NCBI GenBank assembly: GCA_013239625.1
Contig: MU053365.1
Coordinates: forward strand, 1,522,115-1,586,114
DNA: 64,000 bases
Source of the DNA: Lama guanicoe
Taxonomy: Eukaryota
Direction: 5' to 3'
This document shows positions 38,450 to 53,046 of this stretch, in pieces. The position numbers and the translations under genes were made by a program. Each line of letters begins with the position of its first letter. Positions within the stretch are counted from its first letter, which is position 1. The notes under the pieces were generated by a model. The model saw only the letters and a program-made list of their open reading frames with translations. It had not been told where the DNA came from and ran no database searches.

Positions 38450-40930
38450 AAAATACAAGGTAAATACAATACCAAGAATTTTCCTACACACCAGCAAAAA
38501 CTAATTGAAATACATATAGCAGAAAATCACATACGCTTTACAAATGCAAGAAAGATGCAAAGTTTATAAGAATAAGTTTAAGCATAGACATATATACCCA
38601 TTTGTGTACGTTTACATATATATGCATATATATATATATCCATTGCAGAAAAAACTACCAAATATACAAGTAGATATGAATAAATGTGAAGCAATATATT
38701 GTACTTATAGGATTGAAGACTCAACATAGTAAAATATCAGTTCTTCGCAAATTAAATTCCAGATTCAATGAAATTCAAAACTCCTAAGAAGATTACTTCA
38801 CCAAACTTGAAAAACTTGAAAAACTCATATGGAATAGTAAAGATAATTCTAAAAATGTAGACAAAATGTAGAACTTTCCAGAGCAGATCAAGATTTATAA
38901 TGAAACCACAGTAATTTTTAAAAAGTGGTACTGTGAAGGGACAGGAAGATGGATCAATGAAAAGAAAGAGAAAGCACGAAAACAGATCCAAGCGTCTAGT
39001 ACGTGGGACCTTGGCTTATATCAGACGTGACATTACTAATAGCTGGGAGTAAAGTGTGTTTTACTTAATACAAGGAGATAAGACATTTGGTTTTTCATGT
39101 AAAAAAAATTAGATTGCTTCATTACACCAAAATTTCAGATGGATTAAAGAATTAATGTGAAGGAAAACAAGGAAAATATGTGAGAATATCTTAATGTCTA
39201 TTTGTTGTACATTATCTCTCAGTTTCTGTGTAACACGTTGCCCCAAACTCAGAGGCTCAAAGGAATAACATTGATTATCTCAATCTGTTGATAAGTCAGG
39301 AATTCGGGGCATGACTTGGCTGACTTCTCTGTTTTAGACTCTGTCACAGGCTGCTTTGGCTAGAACTGTAGTAATCGGAAGGTACCTGTAGAAAGTTCCA
39401 CTTCCCAGCCACTCACATGATTGTTGGCAGGATTCAGTTCCTCACAAGTTGTTGGACTGAGGCCTTAGCTCCTCTCCAGCTGCTGCTTGGAGGCTGGCCT
39501 CAGGCCCTTGCTACGTGGGCCTCTCCAGTGTAACATCTTGTTTCATCAAAGCAGTTCTAAGTCAAGAAAGTAAGAGACAGAATGCCACAGAGAGAGAGAG
39601 AGAGAGGGAGAGAGAGAGAGAGAGACTGCCCACGTGTGAGCAAATGACCAAGCAAGCAAGCGCTATCAAAACAGGAATCGCAATGTTTTGCGACCTAATT
39701 ACGGAAGTGAAATCCAAAGCTTGAAAGTGACAAAGGGTAAGAGTGGCCTATTTGACCAAAATTACAGGTGCAGTATGAAGAAAGAAATGAACACAAGCAA
39801 TTAAAGGGAGAAGATATCTTTCACAAATTGTAAGAAAAAGATAAATAATCCAAATAGAAACAAATGGATAAAGTACATAAATGAAAATTCACATAAACTA
39901 GCCAACAAATATATATTATTATGCTCAGCTTCACCAGTAATTTGGAAAATACAAGTTGAAACAGCAATGAGATGCCAGTTATATGATGAGATTGGCAAAA
40001 AACAAAAATTAAAAGACATATGATACTAAGTGATGTTGTAGGGAATCAGGAACTTTTATACACCACTGGTGTAGAATTAAACTGTTTAAATCACTTTGGA
40101 GAACGATTTGTAAATATCCTTCAGAGCTGAAGGTGATAGTCTACAGCCCAGAACTTACACTTCTATGTATATATTATAGAAAAAACTCTCAACTGAAATG
40201 TAAATTTTAATAATGAAAAGTGTCAATAGACCTAATGTTGTTAGTAAGGGAAAAATAAATTGTGGAAGATTCATAGTGCACAGAATGAACTAGATATATA
40301 TGATTTTGAATGAAATAAGTTGCAGAACAATAGAATATTATACCATTTACACAGATTAAAAATAAACATATATATTCACACACACATATACTGGTTGTTA
40401 AAGCATATATATTAAAAAAATGAACATGAACTGGATACACAACAAAGCAAGATAGTGATTGCATCTGGGGAGTAAGAAGGTGTTAAATCAGGAGTATGGT
40501 ATAAAATGTTTCAGTGCTTATTTGGGATGTTAATTCCTTAAAAGACCTATGGCAATTATCCCAGTATATTGGTCAAGGTAGGCTACTTCATGTTGCATTA
40601 ACAGACAGTACAGAACTTTCATTGGTTTAATCCATGAAACATTTTTTTCCCTTTTACATCAGTCTCCTGCAGGTTGGCAGCTCTGTGGAGCTGCTGCTGC
40701 TCTTCAGTGGCTCAGGGACTCAAGAGGTTTCCACTTTTTAAATACTCCATATCAAACTCAGGGTCTAAAAGATCACTACCAAGGGGAGGGAGCAGATGGA
40801 TACCTGTCACTTCTATCCACATTTTATTTACCAGGATTAGTCACATGGCCCCAGCAGAACTATAAGGAAATCTGGAAAATATTTTTCAAACAACACAAAG
40901 ATATTTGATGAACACTAATAGTTTCTCTGC
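38450..40930. mobile_element. Old L1ME-like ORF2/3' remnant (plus) with MLT1-like LTRs at ~39205-39720 and ~40563-40930
   Basis: Degenerate ORF2 motifs (aatacaagttgaaacagcaatgagatgcc); MaLR-like ttggcaggattcagttcctc; (AG)n at ~39588-39624. Confidence 0.6.
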
Positions 40931-41004
40931 CACGACTGTTGGTTCATTTGGGGTAATAGGAACATAGCTTTTTGTTTTACTATGTTGTACATTTTAATTT
41001 TTAT

Positions 41005-41270
41005 GTATTTCAGCTTTATTAATGTACAATTGGCAAATAAAATTGTAAGATAATTTAAAGTACATTGGATGATTTGATATACGTATACATCATGAAAGGA
41101 TTCCCCCTCATCTGCTTAATTAATACATCCATCACTGTACATATTTATCTGTTTTTGATGAGAATATTTTTCTACTGTCTTTGCAAATTTAAATTATACA
41201 ATACAGTGTTATCAACTGTAGCCACCATGTTATTCATTAGCTCTCCAGACCTTATTCAGCTTATAGCTTG
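41005..41270 (-). mobile_element. L1MA-type 3' end
   Basis: cagctttattaatgtacaattggcaaata...ctccagaccttattca; similar fragments at ~55450-55730 and ~60578-60900. Confidence 0.75.
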
Positions 41271-41882
41271 CATTTAAAATATTTGTTTTGTTTTGTTTTC
41301 CAGCCTTAAAAAGAATCCTGACCTAGAAAAAAGATATGAGCATGTGAGTACTCTGGACCATTGTTTAACAATGCATTTCTGCATGTTAACATTAGTTGTA
41401 TGTAAGTGGATTATGAGTCAAATAAGTTTGGGAAATTCTGGGCAAAGTAGAACAGGCTTCTTTTCTATAGGACTTCCCAGAGCTTTTAATGAATTCTACT
41501 GAGCTTTAGCTCTGTGATTTTATTGTTTACTTTTGTTTGCCTTTTTTCTCCCCTGCAAAAGTTTCAGTTTGTGTGTTTTATAGATGTCTACCTTTAAAAT
41601 ATTGCTTACATTAAAATGCAATTCACATTGAATGGTGACGGGAGCCCAGGAATCAGAGGATCTAGGCTTGAGATCTGGCTCAGCTCTATTATTGAAACAC
41701 TACATTTAGAAAGAACATTAGAACTGGAAAGCATCTTAATATATCTCTGACTTATTTTTGAGAAAACTGTAAGGACAGAATAGAAAAACCTACATAAACA
41801 TCATGGACAAAGGGTCAATGTCTTCCAATAATTTGTTACAACAGCAATAAAAAATTAATACAAACTAACTGAGGTAGATCAC

Positions 41883-42050
41883 CTTGTACAGCAGTTTTCT
41901 TTAACCTATATCATTGTGAAGTTTCAGTACAAGATAATAATTATATTAATAATTTATCTTTGAAACTAAAGTATAGGACTCTTAAATGTGTATTGGACTA
42001 TGCCTACACAGAAACAAGTTTGATAGTAGTGCGCCATGGTAGAAACAGAA
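41883..42050 (-). pseudogene. Candidate exon E10 (168 nt)
   Basis: Very strong acceptor ttttgttttatttttgtctttttctaatacag. Reads LFLPWRTTIKLVSV, then (shifted frame) VGIVQYTF, then VLYFSFKDKLLI. Donor AAG|gtgatc. Confidence 0.65.
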
Positions 42051-42615
42051 CTGTATTAGAAAAAGACAAAAATAAAACAAAATTGGGTATTACCATTATG
42101 CTATCGCAGAAATCTGAGATAATCATAGACAAATCATTTCTATACACTTGACCTCAAGTTCCCTCTCTGTAAAACTATTTCAGATTTTTCTGAATCTAAT
42201 ATATTCATAGTCTATACCTGCACAGGATTTAATTAAGTCATTAAAAAGCCTTAGGTGTGAGTATTAATCACTATATCTAGCATTGACCTTGACATAATTT
42301 TAGCTCTCTGTCTTTCTCTCTCAAGCATATAAATGAAATTGAAAGACAGATTCAGGAGTTGGATAAGGGAAGAAAGCTACATCTCATATTCTATTTCTCT
42401 AGTTTGCAGAGGTAGAATAAAATTTCCAGGTCACTAGTTTTCTTAAGTAGATAAGTTATCAAATTAATCTGAGCAGCAATATATCCCACAAACTTAGCTA
42501 GCCAAACTTTACATACATTAATAAATTAGTGATTAGATCCCAAAAGAACATTATAGAATTGATCATTTCAATGGCGTGGTTTTATTCTTAAATCCCAGAG
42601 CTATCCATGGAATTT

Positions 42616-45600
42616 ATTTAATTTACTTTTTATATTTTTTAATTGAATTATAGTCAGTTTACAATGTGTCATTTTCTTGGTGTACAGCATAATGCTTCAT
42701 TCATACATGAAGATATATATATATATATATACACATTATATATATATTTGTTTTCATATTCTATTTCACCATGTTACTGTAAGATATTGAATATAGTTCC
42801 CTGTGCTATACAGTATGAATTTGTTCCTTGTCTATTTTATATATAAATATATATATTATATGCATATGTAAATCTCAAACTTCTAATTTATACTCCTGGT
42901 AACCATAAGTTTGTTTTCTATGTCTATGAGTCTGTTTCTGTTTTGTAAACAAGTTCATTTGTGTCAGTTTTTTTTTTTAGATTTCACATATGAGTAATAT
43001 CATACGGTATTTTTCTTTCTTTTTCTGGCTTACTTCACTTAGGTCCATTCATGTTGCTGCAAATGGCATTAGTTTATTCTTTTTTTATGGCTGAGTAGTA
43101 TTCCATTGTGTAAATATACCACAGCTTCTTTATCCAGTCCTCTGTCGATGGACATTTAGGTTGTTTCCATGTCTTGGCTATTGTAAATAGTGCTGATATG
43201 AATATTGGAGTGCATGTATCTTGTCAAATTAGAGTTCCCTCTAGATATATGCTCAGAGTGTGATTGCTGGGTCTTATGGTAAGTCTATTTTTATTTTTTT
43301 GAGGAACCTCCAAACTATTTTCCATAATGGCTGCTCCAAACTACATTCCCACCAACAATGTAGGAGGGTTCCCTTTTCTCAGCACCCTCCCCAGCATTTA
43401 TCATTTCTGGACTTTTGAATGATGACCATTCTGACTGGCATGAGGTGACACCTCAATGTAGTTTTGGTTTGCATTTCTCTGATAATTAGCAATATTGAGC
43501 ATTTTTTCATGTGCCTATTGGCCATTTGTATGTCTTCATTGGAGAATTGCTTGTTTAGGTCTGCTGCCCATTTTTGGATTGGGTTGTTGTTGTTGTTGTT
43601 GTTGTTGTTATTGTTGTTATTGTTGTTTTATTAAGTTATATGAGCTCTTTATATATTCTGGAAATTAAGCCCTTGTCAGTCTCATCTTTTGCAAATGTTT
43701 TCTCCCATTTGTAAGTTGTCTTTTTGTTTTGCTTATGGTTTCCCTTGCTGTGCAAAAGTTTATGTTTAATTAGGTCCCATTTGTTTATTTTCATTGCCTG
43801 GGTAGACTGCCCTAGGAGAACATTGCTGAGATTTATGTCAGATAATGTTTTGCCTATGTTTTCTTCTAAGAGGTTTACAGTGTCTTGTCTTATGTTTAAG
43901 TCTTTAAGCCATTTTGAGTTTCTTTTTGTATATAGTGTGAGGGAGTGTTCTAACTCATTGATTTACATGCAGCTGTCCAGTTTTCCCAACACCATTTGCT
44001 GAAGAGATTGTCTTTACTCCATTGTATATTCTTGCCTCCTTTGTCAAAGATTAGTTGACCAAAAGTTTGTGGGTTTATTTCTGGGCTCTCTGCTGTATTC
44101 CATTGATCCATATGTCTGTTTTTGTACCTATACCATGCTGTTTTGATTACTGTAGCTCTGTAGTATTGTCTGAAGTATGGGACTGTTCCAGCTTCATTCT
44201 TTTTCTTCAGTATTGCTTTAGCAATTCTGGGTCTCTTGTGATTCCATATAAATTTTAGGATTATTTGTTCTAGTTCTGTGAAAAATGTCCTGGGTAATTT
44301 GATAGGGAACGCATTAAATCTGTAGATTGCTTTGGGTAGTATGGCCATTTTAACAATATTAATTTTCCAATGCAAGAACATGGGATAAATTTCCATTTAT
44401 TTAAGTCATCTTTAATTTCCTTAGGCAATGTTTGTAGTTCTCCACAAATAAGTCTTTCACTCCCTTGGTCAGATTTATTCCTAAGTATTTTATTTTTTCA
44501 GATGCAATTTTAAAGGGATTGTTTCTTTATTTTCCTTTTCTGATATTTCATTGTTAGTATAAAGAAATGCCACTGATTTCTGTATGTTGATAATCTTGTA
44601 TCCTGCTACCTTGCTGAATTCTTTAATCAGCTCTAGTAGTTTTTGTGTGGAGCTTTTAGAATTTTCTATATATGGTATCATGTCATCCACATATAATGAC
44701 AATTTTACCTCTCTCTTCCAATTTGGATCCCTTTTATTTCTTTTTCTTGCCTGATTGCTGTGGCTGGGACTTCCTATACTATACTGAATAGAAGTGGAGA
44801 GAGTGGGCATCCTTGTCTTGTTCCAGATTTTAGCAGGAAGGCTTTCAACTTTTCACAGTTGAGTATTATGCTGGCTGTAAATTTGTCATAAGTAGCTTTT
44901 ATTATGTTGGGTTATGTTGCCTCTATACTCACTTAGGTTAGAGTTTTTATCATAAATGAGTGTTGAATTTTATCAAATGCTTTTTCTGCATCTACTGAGA
45001 TGATCATGTGATTTTTGTCCTTACTCTTGTTGATGTGATGTATTACACTGATTGATTTGCATATGTTGAACCACCCTTGTGTCCCTGGGATGAACCCCAC
45101 TTGATCATGGTGTATGATCTTTTCTATGTGTTGTTCGATTCTGTTTGCTAATATTTTGGTGAGGATTTTTGCATCTATGTTCATCGACAATATTGGCCTT
45201 TAGTTTTCTTTTTTGGTAGTGTAGTTGCCTGGTTTTGGTATCAGGGTGATGGTGGCTTCATAGAATGAGTTTGAGAGTATTCCCTCCATTTCAATCTTTC
45301 AGAAGAGTTTGAGAAGTATTGGTATGAGCTCTTCTTGTTATGTTTGGTAGAATTCCCCAGTAAAGCCATCTGGTCCTGGGCTTTTGTTTGCAGGGAGGTT
45401 TTTTATTGCTGATTCTATTTCACTTCTAGTGATTGGTCTGTTCAAATGATCTGTTTTTTCTTGATGCAGTTTTGGTGAACTGTATGTTTCTAGAAACTTG
45501 TTCAATTCTTCTAAGTTGTCCAATGTATTGCCATATAGTTCTCTTACGATTTTTTTTCTTCCTGTGGTATTGGTTATATTTTCTCCATTTTCATTTCTTA

Positions 45601-48600
45601 TTTTGTGTGCTCTCTCTTTTCTTCTTGGTGAGCCTGGCCAGAGGTTTGTCCATTTTGTTTACTGTTTCTAAAAACCGCTCTTGGTTTGATTGATTTTGCT
45701 ATTGTTTTTTTTTTAATCTCTTATTTTATTTATTTCCTCCCTGATCTTTAGTATTTCTTACCTTCTGTTGAATTTAAGTATTGTTCATTTTTCTTTTTCT
45801 ACTTCTTTTAGGTAATAGATTAGATTGCTTATTTGAGATTGTTCTTGTTTTTTGAGGAAGGCCTGTATCACTGTGAACTTCCCTCTTAGGACTGCTTTTG
45901 CTGCATCCCATAGATTTTGTGTGGTTGTGTTTTTGTCATCATTGTCTTTTTAAAATTTTTTTTATATCATCGTTGACCCATTGTTTTTTTAGTAGCATGT
46001 TGTTTAGCCTCCATGCTGTTGTTTTTTTCTCATTTTTTTCCTGTGGTTCATTTCTAGTTTCATGTGTTTGTGGTCAGAGAAGATGCTTGAAATAATTTAT
46101 ATCCTCTTAAATTTGTTGAGGCTTCTTTTGTGCCTGAGTATGTGGTCTATTCTAGAGAATGTTCTATGAGAAGTTGAGAAGAATGTATATTTTGTTTTGG
46201 GGGATATAATATCCTAAAAATATCAACCAAGTACAATTGTTCTATTGTGCCATTCAGTATCTCCATTGCGTGATTGATCTTCTGTTTGGAAGACCTGTCC
46301 AACGATGTTAGTGGGGTGTTAAAGTCTCCTACTATTATTGTCTTCCTGTCAATTTCTCCTTTTATGTCTTTTAGTATTTGTTTTATATATATTAGATACT
46401 CCTATATTGGGTGCATATATGTTAACGAGTATAATATCTTCATCTTGTATTGCTCCTTAGATCATTATATAGGGTCCTTCTTTATCTTTCTTTATAGCCT
46501 TTGTTTTAAAGTGTATTTTGTCTGATATGAGTATTACTGCTCCCATTTTCTTGTCATTTCCATTTGCATGATGTATCTATTTCCATCCTCTCACTTTCAA
46601 TCTATGTGTGTCCTTCACACTAAAATGGGTCTCTTGTAGTCAGCATATTGTAGGCTTTTGTTTTATTACACAATCTGCCACTCTGTGTCTTTTGGTTGGA
46701 GCATTTAGTCCATTGACATTTATAGTAGTTATTGATAGATGTGTGTTTATTGCCATTTTCATCTTTGTTTTCCAGTTGATTAGATATTTCTTCTATGTTC
46801 CTTTTCCTTTTTGTTTTTCTTTTTGTGGTTTGATAATTTTCTTTTGTATTAGCTTGGTTTCTTTTTGGTTTTTGTGCCTCTATTGTATGCTTTTGATTTA
46901 TGGTTACCCTGCTTTTCAGGTATGTTAACCCTTACTGTATCTGTTTGCTTTAGACTAGTAGTCATGTAGGCTCCAACACATCCTAAAAAGAATGAAGAAA
47001 AAAAAAAAGAAAAGAAAGAGGAAAAAAAATCTATATTTTCTTGCTCCCCTCTCCCACCTTTTATGATTTTGATGTCCTTTTTTTTTTGACATATTCATGT
47101 TTATTCTATTGCAACTCATAGTTATCACATTTCCACATTTCCAATTATGGTTTTCTTATTTCTAGAGCTTCCTGCATTTTTTTCTATTTTGAGTATACCT
47201 TTTAATATTTCTCTTAGGATAGGTTTAGTGTTGCTGAATTCTTTTAGTTTTTCCTTGTCTGTGAAATTCTTTATCTCTCCTCCTCTAAAGGATAGTCTTG
47301 CCGGTTAGAGTATCCTAGGTTACAGCTTTTTCTCATTCAGGACTTTGAATATATCTTGCCACTCCCTTCTGGCCTGCAGTGTTTGTGTAGAGAAATCAGC
47401 TTAAAGCTGATGGGGGTTTCCTTGTAACTAACTCTTTGTTATTCTCTTGCTGCCTTTAGAATCATTTCTTTATCTTTAACTTTGGCCATCTTAATTATAA
47501 TTTGTCTTGGTATAGATCTGTTTGGGTTCTTGTTTGGGACCCTCTGTGCTTCCTGTGCTTGGATATCTGTTTCCTTCTTTAGGTTTGGAAAGTTTTCCGT
47601 CATGATTTGTTCAAATATTTTTTCAATCTCCTTTTCTCTTCCCCTTCTGGGACCCCTATTATGCGTAGGTTGGCACACTTTATATTGTACCATAGGTCCC
47701 TTGTATTGCTTTCATTGGTTTTTACTTGCTTTTCTGTCTTTTGCTCTGATTGGGTGACTTCTGTTATCCTGTCTTCTAAGTCACTTATTCATTCCTCTGC
47801 ACTACCTGGTCTGCTTTTGACTGCCTTTAGCTCTCATCTCAGCCACCGAGTTTTCTGTTTTTAATGGACTCTTCTTTATAGCTTGTGTTTCCTTTTCATA
47901 GTGTTCTCGTTCTCTGTTTATAGTCTATTATTTCCTTTAGTGCTTTTATCACCCCCTTTTGAAGTCATGATCTAGTAGACTGCCAGGGTCTATCTCATTT
48001 TCATTCTTTCAGGGGCCTTCTCTTGTTCTTTTAACTGGGAGTGGTTCCTCTGCTTCCTCATTTTACTTATATCTATCTGGCTCTATGGATTTAGGAATGT
48101 CAGTTACCTACTGTGGTCTTGAAGGGCTGTTTGATTTTTTGTTTGTTTGTTTGTAAAGTGAGAGTGTTCCTGTGTAGACTGTGTGTTTTTAATAGTTTTG
48201 TTGCGAGGGCTGTTCTTAGTGTGGATGGTTGCTATATCTTTCTTCTGTGTTGGCTGTTATCCCTTTGATTGGAGGTGTGGTTGGTGTGGTGATCGGAGGC
48301 TTCCCTGAAGGTTGTTGAGTGGGGCCTCTTTTTTTGTTTTGTGGTTGTTACAGCCTTGACAGGGGCTGGTTCTGCTCCCCTGTTTCTGGAATAGAGGCTT
48401 CTAGACCCGTTTCTGAGCTGTGGTGTGTGGTAGGCAAGGTTGGAGGGCTTGAGCTGAGAAGAAGAGTAGGCAGGAGATGTCCACTGGAAGTGCTTTCTGT
48501 GGTGTTGTCTGTCACGTGTTATGTGGGCCTAGACAGTACTCTTAGCTGATGATGTCTTTGTCCCCATTTTAGCTGCTGGAATGTCAACCTCCTGCTCTGG

Positions 48601-49639
48601 TGTCCCCCAGGTTCTGGGCCCAAAGAACCACTGCAGATCTCCCAATGTCAGGTACTAGGACCTGCTGTAGTGATTGTGCAATCACATATTGGAATCTGTG
48701 GTGCACCACAGGGTCAGCACAGAGCTCAACCCACCTCCGTGTGTGGTCCATAAGCCAATCTGTTGTAAATACCTGTACTCGCCCCTTCTGTGCGCCAGAA
48801 CTCTGCTCACTGCCTGTTTGTCCCAGAGACCCAGGTCCATTCAGGTTCCAGAGAGAGCAAATCCACCCTCTTTGCCTGGGGCTGTAAATGAGTCTCAGCC
48901 CCGCCTGTGCAGTTGCAGCACCTCTGGATATGGAGTCAGCTTTCAGCCCCACCTCTGCGCAGCAGGGATGGCTATAACTAAGCCCCACCTCTCTTCTCAG
49001 GAGGATACGTCAACACGGAGCCAAGCAGACAGTGGCTGTGGTGAGGCTGCGTTGTGTCCCTCCCTGCCATGTACACTGGCAGTGGTGCTTTTTATAGGGG
49101 TCCCAGGCTGTTCTGATCCGCACACACCCCCAGCCAGAGCTTACACCACTTTCCGGTCCCCTAAGGCTGCCTCTGTGCAGTGGGCCCCAGCCCTCTCCCC
49201 AGGTTCCTCACTGATCTCCAGCAGCCAGTCTCAGCTTGTCCCTGCAGGTTCGTGCCTAGGGCCAGGGATCACAGGGACCTTCTGTGCTAGTTTCCCTTAG
49301 TTCTGTCTGCCAGACGGCTGCCACTTCCTCCTCCAAGCCTTGGAAGTTCTACCCCACTGGCCTCCCAGATGAAGAGGGGCCGTCCCAGCACGAGGGTGCC
49401 TTCTTTCCTTTGGTGCTCCCTTCCCAGAGGACCAGTCCTTCACTGATTTTTTTCTTTTTTTTTCTTTTTTTCCCTTACTGGATTTTGTGAGAATCCTCCT
49501 GTATTTCGAAGTGAGACACTCTGAGAGAGTTCAGTAGGTGTTCTGTGTGATTCAGTGGGTTTGTAGATGGAATTCTTGGTGTATTTGTGGGAGAGGGTGA
49601 GCTGTGAGACTCTCTGCTCTGCCATCTTGGCACCTCCCC
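42616..49639 (-). mobile_element. Full-length (~7.0 kb) inactivated lineage-specific LINE-1
   Basis: 5' end ggggaggtgccaagatggc (YY1-type motif). ORF1 ~48061-47185, spacer, ORF2 from ~46756 with EN and RT motifs ([34 protein letters not shown]). Frameshifted throughout. TSD tatccatggaattt (42602-42615) / tttcgatggaattt (49640-49653). Confidence 0.95.
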
Positions 49640-50427
49640 TTTCGATGGAATTTGAAATATTTATATGGATATATTTTGAGCCACACAAATGCAGTAGTCT
49701 TTTAAAAAAAATTAACCCAGACATATGGAAAGTTGGGTGACATTAAAAGAGCTCTTATCATCTTTTATCATCTTGATTTTATCCTGAAGTATTAAATCAT
49801 TTGGCATTCATTCTTGGCTTTTAAAGGACTTGAATTATTGTGACCTGCAGTCTATATTTTAATTTTAGATATATGCTATTATATCTGAAAAAAATCAATA
49901 AAAGAGTATTTGCTTAAGACTGAAAGTGTAACTTCAGGGTATATACATATGATATATGCATTTTAGTAAGGCCTCTTTCTAAAATTGCCAATCAATCTAT
50001 CAACATGTAATTTGTGAGCTCATATAAAATATATCTCAGATATCTTTGCACCCTCAGTAAAATGTGGAGATTCAGTGAACGTGTGCTGTGTTGTTGTACT
50101 GAGTGTTTTTCAAAGGCACAATATTATGCTACCTGTCCTGTAAAATACATATTCAATAACTTCAAAGGTACCTGTTGTTAAGAAGCACACAATATAGTTG
50201 GGGGTAAAAATAACTTTTAAGTGTTACTTTATTGAGTGCTTAATATGTGCTAGTCAGACTCTCATGATGACAAGCAAATGTGAAACTGTGAGGTGGACAG
50301 TACGGCATTGATAGACTGGAACTTATCTCCAGAGGGGTGAATTAACAGCAGGTGCACAAAATTGTATCACATGAAATTATTCCCTATCGCAATATTTATA
50401 TAACACATTGATCATTGGCTTTCTTAC

Positions 50428-50525
50428 TATGATCATTAAACATCTTTTGCTCAACTGTTATATTCAACATAGTTTTAGTGGTAAGTATATTTATGCCATT
50501 TCAATGTTTGGAAAAAATTACTAAC
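50428..50525 (-). pseudogene. Possible exon E9
   Basis: Donor ATA|gtaaga with a weak acceptor; needs a frameshift to link E8 and E10. Confidence 0.25.
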
Positions 50526-51195
50526 CTATATCTTTTTTATAGAAATCTTTATTTAGCGCTTTCAATTATCCAGAATACTTGATGTTCCAATTACTCACAT
50601 AGTCAATTTCATGTAGACACAGTCATAAGATTTTATGAAGTATGTTTCATTTATTTTTTATTCATTTATTCAAGAAATATTTATTTATAGTCTTCTCATA
50701 AAAGTCACTGTGTTCGGCAGTATATTAGCCACAAGCAACAGCTATTTAGCAGACACTGTTAAATCTGCTCATGGTCCTAATGCAGAGAATTTAGGACATC
50801 AGTGTATACAATGCCAGTTAACTGACTTCATTTACTGTTGTAAGAATAGAATGTGATGGCCAAAAGGAACCTTAGAACCTAGTCAGTCTAAACCTCTTCC
50901 ATGTTCCAATTTTACAGATGAAGAATCTGAGGTCCAGAGAGAAGTTAAGAAGTAATTTAGCCAAGATCATACAGTGAAATAGGATCCCTGATTTCCAGGC
51001 CATTGTGGGTTTTTTTTCCCTATGCTGAACTATCTCCCTAGTTATATTTTATCTCTTAGTTGCCTTAATTTGCCTTTCTTTGTTTAGATTTTGTATATAC
51101 ACAGTCCAAGAAAAAGAGCTAAAATGCATATATACTATTTTGAGCTTGAACTTTTGAATTCTCTTTGCTTAACATAGTGGATGGGTAGAAAGGAA

Positions 51196-51707
51196 TGTTG
51201 GGAAATGATTCTCCATGAATATTTCATGATTCTGCATGGTTCATGTCTTCTGATCATTTGCAGTCAAGTTAAGACTGTTTGTATAAGGAGGAGTTGTAGG
51301 ATAGTAAAGCTTAGAGAGAACTCCCTCCCTGGAGACAGTGGAGGGTAATAAAGATAAAGACCTCTTCTTCCTTTCTGCAGAGATATTTGCTTACCCAGAG
51401 TTGAGATAGGGTTTCTCTTTCTCTCGAGAAAGAGGGTCACCAGCAGCCCTATATAAGATCAGAGTTTCCTAACTTTGGGCTTCGTCTCCTCTGATGCAAC
51501 TCATTGCATGTGCCAGTGCCATCTGACCCTCACTGTGGTACCCCATGAGGATTTGAGCTCAAGGGACTGGTGCTGACTGGTGCTTCTGGTGTGAGTAATA
51601 AATGTTCTTTGTCTCCGATCCAGAGGTCTTGTATCATATATGTAAGCTATTTTATTAGTTTGCAAGTAAGATGAAATTTATGATCCTTCAAAGTTTCTGA
51701 TTTAACA
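51196..51707 (+). mobile_element. ERV1-type solo LTR (MER89-like)
   Basis: TG...CA ends, TATA (tatataa ~51450), AATAAA ~51597, ~4-bp TSD ggaa/ggca. Confidence 0.75.
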
Positions 51708-52055
51708 GGCAGATGGAGGTGAATTGTTGTCAGAGTATTTGAATTATCTCATGTAGTAATGAAAAGCACTATAAATACCCATGAAAACACAAGTATTTCT
51801 GGGTTGTAGAACTGTTAGGTATTTCCCCATTAATCACTAACATAAATATCTTAAATCGCAGTACGTAGTTGTCTGTATGCAATTGTATAGTTCAGACACC
51901 AAAAGTCTCCTTTGGGGACAAGTGAAACAAAGTGATGCTCTTTGAATTTATGCCTCTGGCATTCTGACTTAAGAATGGACTCATTTAATTTAACCAGTGG
52001 CAAAATTACTGTTTGTAAAAATGGACCTTAGAGATCAGTAGTCCAACCTACTCAC

Positions 52056-52173
52056 ATTTAAACTTTCAAATTTGTAATTGATAAAAGTGTAAATTTTCCG
52101 ACTTTGGTTAGGACCAGATGGTTGGAATGAAACAAATTTAGAGCAAGGGTAGTGTACAAACAAATTAAAATCT
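52056..52173 (-). pseudogene. Candidate exon E8 (~118 nt, open)
   Basis: DFNLFVHYPCSKFVSFQPSGPNQSRKIYTFINYKFESLN |gtgagt. Acceptor position is uncertain. Confidence 0.55.
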
Positions 52174-52844
52174 CTTAAAGTATTTCTAGAGTCACTGTTG
52201 TACTTTGAGTTAATATCAACCACCAGGATGAGGCACTGTTTATTCTCAAAACCATCCTGTGATGTAAGTGCATTGTCACCATTTAGTAAATGAGAAAATC
52301 AGGAATCAGTGTGGTCACCAAGGACACAAAAGTTAGTAAATGGAAAAGTTGGATTCAAGCCCAGGTCTTCTGAGTCTCTGTCCTCTTATGTTGACTCCAC
52401 TTATTAATTTGAACATTCCCCTTCCTCATCAATATATGAAGAAAAAATTAAAACTTTATAGGTATTATGATATAATGGAAATAACTCATTATTTGTGGTC
52501 TGAAGGCCTACTTTTGAGTACTGATTTTTCCATAAATATTTTTTCTTAATTTGTGGAAGTCATTTGAAGGATGTGGGCTATGGAGAGTTTACACTAGTAG
52601 TAAGTGACAGCACAGGAGCTAGAATTCGGGTGCTGATTCCTAATCCGGTGGTATTTACCATACCATGTGCTTCATTCAAAACGTTTCAGTTATGGTGTGG
52701 TATTTTATGTCTTCAAACTCCATCTGCTTACATTTTAAATAGTGCAGAAAGTAGAGGAAAATTCCAATATAAAAGAGGAGTTCTCCCAATAAGGCTGGTA
52801 AAAGAACCCAAATTTTTAGTCAAAGAAGACGTGATGTTTAGTAC

Positions 52845-53046
52845 TTGCAGAGGACAGTGATTTTTGATTTTTTAAGAATAATCTCTGCATTTGGGAGCGT
52901 ATCATTTGGGTGAGGGACTGCTGGCTAGATTGCATTACATATCCATAATTGGGTAATTTTTCAAATTCATTCATAATTGTTTTCCATACCTTTTTGTAGA
53001 TCATTTAATTTACAGATAATTTATTTTCTGTGATATTTTCCAATAA
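52845..53046 (-). pseudogene. Candidate exon E7 (~202 nt)
   Basis: LLENITENKLSVN*MIYKKVWKTIMNEFEKLPNYGYVMQSSQQSLTQMI..., with an FYRC-like VW..I helix. A shifted frame gives TLPNAEII (FYRC LPGA-like). Splice sites are weak. Confidence 0.6.

Noticed and set aside
43950..47693. L1 ORF1/ORF2 ORF-track hits as functional CDS
   Set aside because: Fragmented by frameshifts and stops; the element is inactive.
48674..49300. 208-aa plus-strand ORF, antisense in the L1 5' UTR (ORF0-like idea)
   Set aside because: Non-ATG start in GC-rich UTR where long chance ORFs overlap in several frames; no recognisable motif.
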